From the NCBI GenBank assembly GCA_963796455.1, contig CAWCLO010000004.1:1056001-1120000 (forward strand): a stretch of DNA of 64,000 bases, read 5' to 3'. Below are positions 10,124 through 20,180 of the stretch, in pieces (the stretch's first letter is position 1; every line of letters begins with the position of its first letter). The translations under genes and the position numbers were made by a program. The DNA comes from Candidatus Sulfomarinibacteraceae bacterium. Lineage in GTDB: Bacteria > Acidobacteriota > Thermoanaerobaculia > Thermoanaerobaculales > Sulfomarinibacteraceae. The notes below the pieces were generated by a model. The model saw only the letters and a program-made list of their open reading frames with translations, was not told the DNA's origin and did no database searches.

Positions 10124-11222
10124 AGCCCAGAGGATCCGGAGAATCGAAACCCAAAAATACAGGTTCGGGTCGCAACTCGATCCCGAAGCGCTCAACGACT
10201 TGCTGTCGAATCTCCCGGGCAAATGCCACGAGATCGCCGGCGGAACCGCCTCCGTAGTGAATCAGTGCAAGCGCGTGGGCGGAGGAGATCCCGACAGAAC
10301 CCCGCCGCTCTCCCTTTGAAAACCCCGCTTTCTCGATGAGCCACGCCGCCGGGATTTTATGTTGCCCCTTCCTCATTTCGAAAGTGGGGACGATCTCTTC
10401 GGTTGGAAGATCACCTTGGATCATCGCCAACGCCGCATCATCGACCACGGGATTGATGAAAAAGGAACCAACGCTGCGGCTGTTCGGGTCGTCGGAGTCG
10501 ATGACCATCGACTTGGCTCTCCGAAGTTCCAAAACGGCGTCTCGAGTTTCGGCAAGCGACGCCGAAGCCGATCGGGCGTCGAGCATCTTCTGCAACTCCC
10601 GGTATTTGATCGACGGTGCACCTCCGCGGCGCAGGCGGTAGCACACGGTGAGCACCAGGTACCGTCCCGGCCGCTCTCGAAAAAAGCTCGTCCGATAGCC
10701 AAAGCCGCATTCCGCAGCGCGCAACGAGCGCACCGAGAGGTCGGTCAGATCCAGAACTTGCACCATGTCGATCACCGATGCCACGTCCTGTCCGTAGGCG
10801 CCCACGTTCTGGATCGGAGTTGCTCCGACCCGACCGGGGATCCCCGACAGACACTCCAGACCTGCGAGATCTTCCTCCACCGTCCGTTCCACGAGCGCGT
10901 CCCACTCTTCACCGGCGGCCGCGGTCAGCTTGACCTCTGCTCCAGATTCTCCCGTCGAGATACCTTGAAGAGCCACATGGAGCACGATGCCGGGCCAACC
11001 ACCGTCAGCCACCACGAGGTTGGATCCGCCCCCGACTATCGCCACCGGTAAATCCTCCTGTCGCGCCCATCGCAGCGCTTCAGAAGCGGTTTCGATGGTG
11101 TCCACTTTCACCAGATAGCGGGCTTCCCCTCCCAGATCGAGGGTGGTCAGTGGAGCCAGGGGCACGCCCGAGAGAATTTTTTGGCGCAGGGTCTGGGCTG
11201 AGTTGTCATTGCGTTCGGTCAT
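10122..11222 (-). CDS. murB: UDP-N-acetylenolpyruvoylglucosamine reductase
   Basis: GGGSNL, GLECLSGIPG, PIQNVGAYG, FGYRTS, SVGSFFINP, HALALI, LRPEP. Confidence 0.96.
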   Translation of the reverse strand: MTERNDNSAQTLRQKILSGVPLAPLTTLDLGGEARYLVKVDTIETASEALRWARQEDLPVAIVGGGSNLVVADGGWPGIVLHVALQGISTGESGAEVKLTAAAGEEWDALVERTVEEDLAGLECLSGIPGRVGATPIQNVGAYGQDVASVIDMVQVLDLTDLSVRSLRAAECGFGYRTSFFRERPGRYLVLTVCYRLRRGGAPSIKYRELQKMLDARSASASLAETRDAVLELRRAKSMVIDSDDPNSRSVGSFFINPVVDDAALAMIQGDLPTEEIVPTFEMRKGQHKIPAAWLIEKAGFSKGERRGSVGISSAHALALIHYGGGSAGDLVAFAREIRQQVVERFGIELRPEPVFLGFDSPDPLG

Positions 11223-11410
11223 CAGGCGCTCAGTGTGCCTCAACGGAAGACAATCGACAAATCGTGAGATTTAAATTTCAAAGTTCGGTTGTGAAAATCT
11301 GCTCTCGAAGCGAGCATTTTTTGCGAAAAACTCCGCAAGTTCAACGATATTTGAACATATATATGGATATTCGTCTCCACTTGGATATAATGAGAAGAGG
11401 GCGGGGACAT

Positions 11411-12100
11411 ATGAAAAGACAGGTGGTCATGACACGTGTGGACAAGCCTGCGTTCGAGCAGGCGAGAAAGGCTCTCCACACGAGCGATATCGATCTCCAC
11501 CATGCTCCGTGGGACGACAACACCCTTGAACTTGTCCAGAGCACCAGATTCGATGTCATCATCATCGGTTTTCCCGGCCCGATCACCTCGCTCCGGCGGT
11601 TCGTCCGGTGTGTCAGGGCACCTGGTTCGGCCTGCCAACGATGCGGTGTCATCCTCCTCTCCGAACCCGACCATCTCGATGCCGCCCAGACCTTCGTCGG
11701 GGTCGGCATCAACCGCGCCGTCGCCTCGGACAACATCGGTGAGCTTCTCGACGCATCAATCGTCGAGCTCTCTTCGGTAGCGCCGCGGATTCCACTCCGC
11801 GCCCCGACCCGGGTGGTGCTTCACCTCGAGGACCGCCCGCTGCGAACCTTCTGCCAAACCGAAAACGTCTCGGAGACGGGCATGCTCCTGCGTGGATTCG
11901 GTCACTACCCTCCCGGTACGACGATCGATTTCGAAATCAATATTCCGGGCCAGAGCGACCCCATCCGCGGGTCGGCGACCATCGCCCGCACCACCAATGT
12001 CACCCTCGAACGGCTGGAGGGGGTTGGCGCCCGATTCGAAAACTTCCTCGGTGCGGATGGCGGAAGATTAACCGAATACCTCAACGACCACCTGCACTGA
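11411..12100 (+). CDS. Degenerate receiver-like domain plus C-terminal PilZ domain
   Basis: APRIPLR and NVSETGMLL PilZ motifs; paralog of 42677-43363. Confidence 0.75.
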   Translation: MKRQVVMTRVDKPAFEQARKALHTSDIDLHHAPWDDNTLELVQSTRFDVIIIGFPGPITSLRRFVRCVRAPGSACQRCGVILLSEPDHLDAAQTFVGVGINRAVASDNIGELLDASIVELSSVAPRIPLRAPTRVVLHLEDRPLRTFCQTENVSETGMLLRGFGHYPPGTTIDFEINIPGQSDPIRGSATIARTTNVTLERLEGVGARFENFLGADGGRLTEYLNDHLH

Positions 12101-12142
12101 AGACCGGTCCGATATCAAACCGATTGAATCTGGGGGCTGGGT

Positions 12143-13123
12143 CTATCCCGGCCCTTCTTCATTCCATTCCCGCCACATTCTTTCGAGCTCGTCGACCAAC
12201 TCGATGTCGGCGCGGATGTCGTTGACCCGGTTGATCTGAACGATGGTGGTGGGCGAGGTGAAGTTGACCTCGGTGAGGTGCTCGCCGATGAAATCGAGGC
12301 CGAGCAGATAGAGACCCTCGGGGTTGAGATCCTCGGCCACGACGCGGCACGCCTCGAGTTGTCGCGGCGTCGGTTCGAGCCGCGCGGCCACCGCCCCCTG
12401 ATGGAGATTTGCGAGGCGCGATCCCGACGCCGGAACCCGCAGGACCGAACCGAGAACCCGATCATTTATAGTCAGTATGCGGAGATCACCGGACGATTCG
12501 ATCGCCTCGAGAAAGGGCTGCACGATCACGTGCGGTTGCCATTCCTGCCAGTATCGCTGGAGGGCTTCAACGGTTACATCCGGCTCGACAAAGGTCACAC
12601 CGATGCCGCAATAGGTGTTCTCCGGTTTGAGCACCACCTCACCTGAATGTGCCCGTACAGCGGCTTCCAGCTCGTCGAGGTTCGTACACACTGCGGTGGG
12701 CGCCGCAAATTCGGGGTATCGGAGTGCCGTTGTGTGCTCGGACAACTCGTAGGTCGCCGGCGGGCGGTTGATCTGAACGATCCGTTCCGGAGCGGACTCG
12801 AAGTGGCGGGTTCTCGAGATGAAGAGCTCATCCACCGGTGGGTCCTTGCGCTGCAGGATGACGCGGTACTCCTCGACCGAGGCCGAGCGCACGGGCCCGA
12901 GCTCCCAGAATGGCTTGCGATCCGCATCGGATACCAGAACAGATCGCACCGGGAGGTTGCCGAGAAATTTTTCCGAACTCTGATCGGGATCGGTTGCCGG
13001 CAGATCCAAATAGTCCACCGCGATCCCACGGGAGAGCAATTCCGTGCTCAAACACACTCCGAGATCGAATTCGGGGTTGAGATCCCCGAGGCTGTCAGCG
13101 ACCAGCAAGTATCGCGTCTTCAT
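12143..13123 (-). CDS. gshB: Glutathione synthetase (prokaryotic ATP-grasp type)
   Basis: RKDPPVD, VVLKP, QPFLEAIESSGDLRI, ANLHQG, GLDFIGEHLTEVNFTSPT. Confidence 0.85.
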   Translation of the reverse strand: MKTRYLLVADSLGDLNPEFDLGVCLSTELLSRGIAVDYLDLPATDPDQSSEKFLGNLPVRSVLVSDADRKPFWELGPVRSASVEEYRVILQRKDPPVDELFISRTRHFESAPERIVQINRPPATYELSEHTTALRYPEFAAPTAVCTNLDELEAAVRAHSGEVVLKPENTYCGIGVTFVEPDVTVEALQRYWQEWQPHVIVQPFLEAIESSGDLRILTINDRVLGSVLRVPASGSRLANLHQGAVAARLEPTPRQLEACRVVAEDLNPEGLYLLGLDFIGEHLTEVNFTSPTTIVQINRVNDIRADIELVDELERMWREWNEEGPG

Positions 13124-13222
13124 GTCTGGCATTCTGCCATGGCCAAGCACCGAAGGTCACCCGTTGGGTTCAGGTGCCCGGACTCATTGACGTGGACAGG
13201 TTGTCCCTGTCAGCATGGATGG

Positions 13223-13999
13223 GTGCTTCATATCGAACCGATCTGTGCATTCTCCGATAATTATGTCTGGCTCATGTGGGCGCCGCCATTCGATGCCGCA
13301 GTTATCGTCGACCCCGGCGAAGCCCGTCCGGTCCTTCGCCAGGTTGAACGGCGCGACCTGCGGATCTCGGCGATTCTCCTGACCCACCACCACGATGACC
13401 ATGTCGGCGGCGTCCGAGACCTCCTGAAACGCGGTCCCGCCCCGGTTTACGGACCGAGTCACGAGTCGATCCCCGTAATCGACCACCCCCTCGACGAAGG
13501 AGATCGGGTTTCGCTCTCGGAATTCGGAATCGAGCTCGAGGTTCTTGATGTTCCAGGCCACACCATCGACCACATCGCATACGTCGGTCCTGGTTTTGCG
13601 CTCGTGGGCGATTCACTCTTCGCGGGTGGCTGTGGGCGAATCTTCGAAGGGACTCCGCACCAGATGTACAAGTCTCTGGCAAAAATCGCGGCGCTGCCAC
13701 CCGATACCTCCATCTATTGCGCTCACGAATACACCGCCGCCAACCTTCGATTCGCCCTCGAACTCGAACCCGAAAACCGGCAACTCTCCGATCGCCTCGA
13801 CAAAACCCGCGAGACCCGTATCCAGGGCCTCCCAACCGTCCCTTCGACCCTCGCAGAGGAATTGGCAACCAATCCGTTTCTGCGCTGTGACGAACCGGAG
13901 ATCAAGGCTGCGGCGGAAGCGCGTGTGGGCCGTCCTCTTGATGGACCTGCCGAGGTCTTCGCCGTCATCAGGCGCTGGAAGGACGGCTGGCCGGGATGA
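13223..13999 (+). CDS. gloB: Hydroxyacylglutathione hydrolase (glyoxalase II)
   Basis: AFSDNYVW, THHHDDHVGG, PGHTIDH, GDSLFAGGCGR, CAHEYT, NPFLR. Confidence 0.95.
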   Translation: MLHIEPICAFSDNYVWLMWAPPFDAAVIVDPGEARPVLRQVERRDLRISAILLTHHHDDHVGGVRDLLKRGPAPVYGPSHESIPVIDHPLDEGDRVSLSEFGIELEVLDVPGHTIDHIAYVGPGFALVGDSLFAGGCGRIFEGTPHQMYKSLAKIAALPPDTSIYCAHEYTAANLRFALELEPENRQLSDRLDKTRETRIQGLPTVPSTLAEELATNPFLRCDEPEIKAAAEARVGRPLDGPAEVFAVIRRWKDGWPG

Positions 14000-14271
14000 C
14001 GGATGCAAAAAAGATAACCATCTATACCAAAAGGTGGTGCGGCTACTGCTGGGCAGCCCGCAGGCTCTTTTCGAAGCTCGGGCTTTTGTTCGAAGAAATT
14101 CCGCTCGACGGTCGCCCGGAGCTGCGTCGTGAAGTTTCCTCGGCCGCCGGAGGTTGGCCCACAGTGCCGATGATTTTCCTTGGTGATGAGTTCATCGGAG
14201 GCTACACCGAAGCGGCAAAGCTCCACCGTCAAGGCGGGTTGCTGAGCGCCTGCGGACAAAGCTCTTCGTAG
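13996..14271 (+). CDS. Glutaredoxin (Grx3-like)
   Basis: CGYC active site, TVP, FIGG. Confidence 0.9.
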   Translation: MTDAKKITIYTKRWCGYCWAARRLFSKLGLLFEEIPLDGRPELRREVSSAAGGWPTVPMIFLGDEFIGGYTEAAKLHRQGGLLSACGQSSS

Positions 14272-14386
14272 ATCGCCGTGAGCAGCAGGCTTGACTTCGA
14301 AGAACCCTCAAGCCGGCGGTTTCGACGCGTCCGCCGGTTCCGTGTAGAATTCAGAACTCCAACGCGACTGGATATTCGAAATCACA

Positions 14387-15115
14387 ATGCCTACACCCCG
14401 TACCCGACTCCGATTGGTCCTCCTTCAGGTCCGCAGCGAAATCATCTCGTTGCGGCAGGAGCAGAGCTGTTTTATCGAGCGCTGTCGGGTCGCGAGACGG
14501 CAGTTCGAGTTCATCAATCTGGTCGACGAGCCCGAACTCCGCTGGCATCACGTGGAAAACGCACACGCCGTGATCATCGGCGGCGCAGGGGCATTCTCGG
14601 TGACCAAGGAACACCCGTTTACAAAACCCCTGCGCGATGTCGTGCACCAACTCATTGATCTCGACCGGCCGGTGTTCGGCGCGTGTTGGGGTCATCAGTT
14701 CCTTGGCGATCTCGGCGGCGGCACGGTGATCGAAGACAAGGAACGATCCGAGGTCGGCACCTTTCCCATCGAACTCACCGCCGACGGTCGCTCTGACCCT
14801 CTCTTCGAGGAATTCCCCGATCGCTTTCATGTTCAACTCGGGCACAACGACCGGGTCAGCAAACTGGGACCGGGGTGGCTCGATCTCGCGCGGTCGAAGA
14901 TCTGCCCCGCTCAGGCGATTCGTCTTGCAGACAAACCGGTCTACGGCACCCAGTTTCACAGCGAAATGGACGAAGAGAGCCTTCGCGAACGGCTGTTGGT
15001 CTTTCTGAAGGACTATGTAGGCGGCGAGGAAGAGTACCAACAGATCCTGCGCGGCCTGCGGCCGTCAATCGAAGCCGATCGGCTGATGGAGCTGTTTCTC
15101 GAAAAGTATGCATAA
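14387..15115 (+). CDS. Type 1 glutamine amidotransferase (GuaA-like)
   Basis: FGACWGHQ nucleophile motif and QFHSE. Confidence 0.88.
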   Translation: MPTPRTRLRLVLLQVRSEIISLRQEQSCFIERCRVARRQFEFINLVDEPELRWHHVENAHAVIIGGAGAFSVTKEHPFTKPLRDVVHQLIDLDRPVFGACWGHQFLGDLGGGTVIEDKERSEVGTFPIELTADGRSDPLFEEFPDRFHVQLGHNDRVSKLGPGWLDLARSKICPAQAIRLADKPVYGTQFHSEMDEESLRERLLVFLKDYVGGEEEYQQILRGLRPSIEADRLMELFLEKYA

Positions 15116-15185
15116 CCGGACGATGCATCAAAGGGCCGGAGTGCCCAAGAAACCGAACCATTCCTGTCCAGGACATTGCCTCGTC

Positions 15186-15376
15186 CGGCGTTCAGGGACA
15201 GCGATCAGCGGCAGGGGCGGTGAACAGCCGCCGGATCATCGCACGAACCTGGTCAAAGAGGTTCATTGCGTCACGGCACCTGACAGTTGGCGCTGAACAC
15301 TGACAACTGTTCCCGGTCGCTGACAGCTGTCGCTGATCGCTGTTACCTGTCGCTGTCGCTGGACACTGTCCCTGCA
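15186..15376 (-). mobile_element. Internally deleted relative of the four-helix-bundle element
   Basis: Same inverted GACAGC arms; 15217-15269 encodes AMNLFDQVRAMIRRL vs AMKGFDQVRAMTWRM at the C-terminus of 2394-2747. Confidence 0.75.
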
Positions 15377-15377
15377 A

Positions 15378-17240
15378 TCACGTGCTGATCAGAAGCGGAA
15401 CAACCACCCACGCTAGGGCCGCCGCTGCGGCATGGACCAACGCGGCGCCCCAGACGCTTCCGCTTCGCTCGCGCACCGCGCCGCAGACGAGACCGAGAAC
15501 AAAGCTCGAAACCATCCAGGCAAGAGTGTTCGTCCCCGCAATACCGAGCCAGGTGGGCGGTGCGAAACAGGCAGTGACCGCCAACATGTATGCGGCGGCC
15601 GACACCAGATTCGGTATCGAGAGGAAACGCCGGCCGCTCCACAGCATGATCGGGTAGGCGGTCACCAATGTCCCGTGGACCACCCCGCGCATCAGCACCT
15701 CGATGCCCACCACGCCAGCCAGCAGGGCCACCGCGTACCACCACCCGGTGATCCTGAACGCTTCAGCACCGAGAGCACCTTGGAGAGGGATCCACGCGCC
15801 TCCGGCCACTGCAGCGAGAGCAGCCACCGGCAGCAGGGCCACAGGGCCCCAGTTCCGCACTCGTCCGAGACCAAAATGGCCTGGGAATCGCGCCTTGCCG
15901 AGAACTGCAAGCGCCAGGGCGAGCCCGAGCAGAACCAGAGTTCCAATCGAGTAGGCCCCTGGACCACGTTCGGCAAAAGCGCCGAATCCGGCAAATCCCC
16001 CGGCGAGCACAGCCAAAACCACGACCGCGCTCGACGCTGCGAGGGCAACCGCGACGGACGCCAGCCGCCGTCCCACGGATGGGGGCTGATAAACCCAGCG
16101 ACAAATGCCGACGATCTCGTTCAGTGACAATGCGGTCCCGGTGGCTCGCGGTGAACCACCAATATCGTCGGAACCACCCCATTTATTGTCCCCTTTTGCC
16201 GCACGATCCAACAGATTGAGTCGTTCATAGACGCTCTCGAGGGTTGTCGACAAAAAGGGGTCGGTCTGACGGAGGGTATAGGTTGTTCCATCTTTCTCGA
16301 GCAGTAGGAGACCGAGGCGGTCGCCGTGACTTTCTTTGAGTTGTTCCTCCACCTCGTAGATCCCGGCATCCGAACGGCAGGCAAGGGCAAAGCGCTGCGG
16401 CCCGATCCAGACCCGTGCCGTTTCTTCGATCTCATGCAGGTCCTTGAAATCGGCGGCACTGTAGAACTCTTCGTCGATCTGTTGCAGAACTGACGCGGTG
16501 TACTCCAGAAAATCGACGTCGTTCCACTCTCCCTCTTTCTTGAGTTCGATTTCGCGGGCGCGAAGAGCGTTGATGAGGCCGAATGTGGCGCGCTGGAGTT
16601 CGTCTGAATAACCCGTGATCCCCGCCAATTCAAGGCCATGAGCGTCGATCGCTCCCTGGAGACGAACCATGGGCATGATTCGCCGCCGGAGATCGCTGCC
16701 GTCGTCGCTCAGACGGCGATGATTGAGCAGCAACCAGATCGCGAGTACGGTATCGAAATCGGGCTCGTTGGCATGAACGGTCCACCGTTCGCCGGCAAGG
16801 TCCAGGCCCTTGAGGATCACAACCATCGCCTGCTCACAGCTGGCGAGCGTAAAGGCTCGGACGCAGCCTTCGTGGTGGTCGAGGTTATAGACCCCGCGCG
16901 AGCCGTCCATAAACGGTTCACCCTGCGCGGCGCCATCCAGATAGATCGTGCCCTTGGGAGACTTTCGAGCCGACGATGCGGAGACGCTGAGACCGCGTTT
17001 GATCCGCACCCGTATATTCGAGGCCTCGACACACATCAGGTAGGACCCGACCTCGTCCTCTTTCCACTGGTAGCGCAAGGGGAGGTGCCGTTGAGTGACC
17101 GAAGCGTCAGAAATCACAGCAGTGACGGCGGTGTGGGGAGCGGTCGGTGTCTTGAGCAGGCCTGCCGCAGTCTTGAAGCGCTTGCTCAGATCTCCGATCC
17201 CTTGACGGCCTTCCTCGTCGGGTGGCGGATTCATGGCCAT
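15378..17240 (-). CDS. DHH-like domain fused to a C-terminal CPBP/Abi-like membrane domain
   Basis: LDHHEG and NEPDFD motifs in the N-terminal part; about 8 TMs with EVLMRG and RSGSVW...H in the C-terminal part. Confidence 0.6.
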   Translation of the reverse strand: MAMNPPPDEEGRQGIGDLSKRFKTAAGLLKTPTAPHTAVTAVISDASVTQRHLPLRYQWKEDEVGSYLMCVEASNIRVRIKRGLSVSASSARKSPKGTIYLDGAAQGEPFMDGSRGVYNLDHHEGCVRAFTLASCEQAMVVILKGLDLAGERWTVHANEPDFDTVLAIWLLLNHRRLSDDGSDLRRRIMPMVRLQGAIDAHGLELAGITGYSDELQRATFGLINALRAREIELKKEGEWNDVDFLEYTASVLQQIDEEFYSAADFKDLHEIEETARVWIGPQRFALACRSDAGIYEVEEQLKESHGDRLGLLLLEKDGTTYTLRQTDPFLSTTLESVYERLNLLDRAAKGDNKWGGSDDIGGSPRATGTALSLNEIVGICRWVYQPPSVGRRLASVAVALAASSAVVVLAVLAGGFAGFGAFAERGPGAYSIGTLVLLGLALALAVLGKARFPGHFGLGRVRNWGPVALLPVAALAAVAGGAWIPLQGALGAEAFRITGWWYAVALLAGVVGIEVLMRGVVHGTLVTAYPIMLWSGRRFLSIPNLVSAAAYMLAVTACFAPPTWLGIAGTNTLAWMVSSFVLGLVCGAVRERSGSVWGAALVHAAAAALAWVVVPLLIST

Positions 17241-17296
17241 GATTGTACCCCTACCCCGCCGTGCGGTTGTAAGATATCGCACGGATGGAGGAGATT

Positions 17297-18370
17297 ATGA
17301 ACAAAAAAATATACGTCGTCTTGGTGATCATCGTTGCGATCGTTGCCCTTTCAGCCTTTGCGGACGAGCCGGATTCAGCCGCGCTCGAGGCGATCGAACG
17401 AACTCGCGAGAGCATGGGCCATCAGTTCGACAGCCTGGCAAAAATGGTTGATGACGTGCTCTGGCACCAACGAGTCGGCGACATCGCCGTTGTCGACAAG
17501 AGCCGGATCTATGGTCCTCCACGTTGGAAAGAGGAAAATCCGACTGGAGTCAATGCGGGCAATCAACTCAAGTTTTATACCTACCTCTTTACACCAAAAA
17601 ACTTCGATGACGCGGGCAAGCTCCCGCTGCTGGTCCTGCCACATGGCGGCGTCCACGCGGATTTCACCACCTACTACGCGCACATCGTGCGTGAGTTGGT
17701 CTCCCAGGGCTACATCGTGGTGGCGCCCGAGTACCGCGGATCCACCGGATATGGACGCGGCATGTACGAAGACATCGACTACGGAGGCCTCGAAGTGGAG
17801 GACACGCTCGCAGCCCGCGACTGGGCCGTCAAAAACCACCCGCGGGTCGATCCGGACCGGGTCGGTGTTCTCGGTTGGAGCCACGGTGGGCTGATCACAC
17901 TCTTCAGCCTCTTCCGTTATCCCGATTCTTATGCCTGCGGTTTTGCCGGTGTCCCGGTCTCGGACCTGGTACAACGGATGGGTTATCACTCGCAGGGGTA
18001 TCGGGATCTCTACGAGGCCGACTATTTCATCGGCGCTTCGGCCCAGGAAAACCTCGAAGAATACAAGCGTCGATCCCCGGTCTGGTCCGTGGACAAGCTC
18101 ACGAAACCACTTCGTATTCACACCAATATCCACGATGAGGATGTCAATTACATCGAGGTTGAACACCTCATCCAGGCCCTCACCGCCGCCGGCAAGGACT
18201 TCGAACACGAGGTCTCCGATGTGCCTGGTGGACACAGCTTTGACCGTCTCGATACCCCTGAAGCCTGGCGCTACCGGAAACAAATCTACGCCTTTCTCGC
18301 GCGCTACCTCAAACCGCCGAATCCGGGGATCTCGCTCGGAATTACGGCGGAGGGCCGCGCCGCTCCTTAG
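17297..18370 (+). CDS. Secreted S9 (prolyl oligopeptidase family) peptidase
   Basis: Signal peptide, HGG, YRGSTGYG, GWSHGG, catalytic D and H; GGAGGAG RBS. Confidence 0.92.
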   Translation: MNKKIYVVLVIIVAIVALSAFADEPDSAALEAIERTRESMGHQFDSLAKMVDDVLWHQRVGDIAVVDKSRIYGPPRWKEENPTGVNAGNQLKFYTYLFTPKNFDDAGKLPLLVLPHGGVHADFTTYYAHIVRELVSQGYIVVAPEYRGSTGYGRGMYEDIDYGGLEVEDTLAARDWAVKNHPRVDPDRVGVLGWSHGGLITLFSLFRYPDSYACGFAGVPVSDLVQRMGYHSQGYRDLYEADYFIGASAQENLEEYKRRSPVWSVDKLTKPLRIHTNIHDEDVNYIEVEHLIQALTAAGKDFEHEVSDVPGGHSFDRLDTPEAWRYRKQIYAFLARYLKPPNPGISLGITAEGRAAP

Positions 18371-18435
18371 TCCGTCTGTTCGCGAGGAAAGTAATTCTCC
18401 AGAAGGGGCGAGGTTGATCCTCGCCTCTTTTGCTT

Positions 18436-18750
18436 GAAAGGGAGAAAGGGCGCAGGGGAGAAAGGGGGAACGCACCACACGATGCTCGATACTCGATGCT
18501 GGATGCTGGACGCTCAATCCCGAGACCGTTGCCATTACGGTTAACGAAAGGGGGAAAGGGAGAACCGTACCGGAGACGTCATTCGTGATAAGGGCCGCGT
18601 CTCCTCTGCCCCTCTGCTCCTCTGCTCCTCTGCTCCTCTGCTCCTCTGCTCCTCTGCTCCTCTGCTCCTCTGCTCCTCTGCCCCTCTGCCCCTCTGCCCC
18701 TCTGCCCCTCTTGCCCCTCTGCCCCTCTGCCTCCTCTGCCCCTCTGCTCC
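18436..18750. repeat. Modular repeat mosaic ending in about 18 copies of C(T/C)CCTCTG
   Basis: GGAGAAAG units, CTCGATA/CTGGATG heptamers, GTGATAAGG at 18585, octamer array 18601-18750. Confidence 0.9.
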
Positions 18751-18976
18751 CGTACCCACAACCACCCCACATCCGTCACACTTCTCTCTCACTTTTTGCT
18801 CATCTTGCCCTCATTTCAAATGCGCAGCCGCGGCCAATCCTGAATACAGGACCAAGCGGCACGACAACTCGACCGGGAACGTGAAGGCCGCGGCGGATTC
18901 GCCGCACTTCGATGTGCCATAGAGGAGTTGGCACGCTCCACCTCAACCGAATCCCCGCTTGGTCCGAGGGGGCTCG

Positions 18977-19564
18977 ATGGTCGTTCGCGCTGTGCTGGCA
19001 GCACTCGTGATTCTGGCAACCATCATGAATGCACGTGCAGAAGAAAGCGGTGCGCCTCCCCCCTCTCGGGCCGTGTCCTCAGCGATCAACATCACCGCAT
19101 TTCGATCACCAGAAGTGATTGCTCCATTCGCAACTACCCGGCAAAAACCCTGGATTCACCCCGATCTGACGTCCGAACTCGCCGCAAAACTCACCATCGC
19201 GATCGAGATCGCTAACGACCGGATCAACACGCTACCGGCCTGTTCCGGTCTCTTCAGAAAACTCGGGAGCGAAGCCTCCGATACCCTCGGCTCGGTATTT
19301 ATTCTCCCTGCCCAGGATCAGCACGAAAAATCCGTGTGCAGCCGTGTTGTAGCCTTGACAATGATGGGGACATCAAAGACCTGGGTCTGTCAGAGCCTCG
19401 CGAAACTCTCGGACAAACAGGTGGCTATGGTCCTGATTCACGAAGCACTGCACCACGCCGGTCTCCGTGAACGGCCAAAAAAACTGGGCACCAGAATCAG
19501 GGACCGAACTGCCAAGACGTCGGCTGAGATCAATCAAATGGTCAGCATCTCCTGTCGTCTATGA
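18977..19564 (+). CDS. Secreted hypothetical protein with HExxH zincin-like motif
   Basis: Signal peptide; LIHEALHHAG; several Cys. Confidence 0.65.
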   Translation: MVVRAVLAALVILATIMNARAEESGAPPPSRAVSSAINITAFRSPEVIAPFATTRQKPWIHPDLTSELAAKLTIAIEIANDRINTLPACSGLFRKLGSEASDTLGSVFILPAQDQHEKSVCSRVVALTMMGTSKTWVCQSLAKLSDKQVAMVLIHEALHHAGLRERPKKLGTRIRDRTAKTSAEINQMVSISCRL

Positions 19565-20180
19565 TTCGGAGAATGGGGCCCAGTCCGAACCATCACTTTC
19601 TCCCCACATTTCCTCCATTTCTTTGATCGAGACACAATACATATTTGAAATACGCATATTTTTTCCAAGAGGACTCCCCTCTTGAATCCTCCGCCCGTGT
19701 ACACGACCACGGGCCCTTTTTATATCTTGAGGAATCAACACAGTTCCCAATAGAAATTTTCGACAGACGGTCGAAGTGTCAGATCAGGAAGACAAGCTTC
19801 AAAGCGTGCCTCTTCTTGAGAACGTTTTCTATTCGGAATGCCCACAAATACCCCACACGAAAATCATATCTTCCTCATTTCTTATCCCACAAATTCCCCC
19901 AAGATTGAGAGAGATTTAAAAATGCGCGAATAAAATTTGGAGCCGAATGTTGACCTGACACCATCAAAAGGCTTGCACTTATGATCAACCGGACCCATAT
20001 TCGAAGAACAACGCCGGCGCGAGGGATGGGGTTCGCTGATTCGAAGATAGCGACTTGCGGTTTTCCGGCGAGTTCCCGGGGAAGAATCAAACCGACGCCG
20101 TCGAATTGGGATCGACAGGGGAATCCACTCAATGGTGGATTGACGGTAGTGCGAGCGAATCTAGGAGGAGGTTGGTTCAG

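Noticed and set aside
17375..18884. ORFs with RGAEEQRS or SSAPLLLC repeats
   Set aside because: Translations of the octamer array, partly antisense to the S9 peptidase.
18870..18940. c-di-GMP-II riboswitch
   Set aside because: GAACGTGAAG, GCACTT and GGAGTT pieces are present, but the pseudoknot partner (AGTGCAACC-like) is missing.
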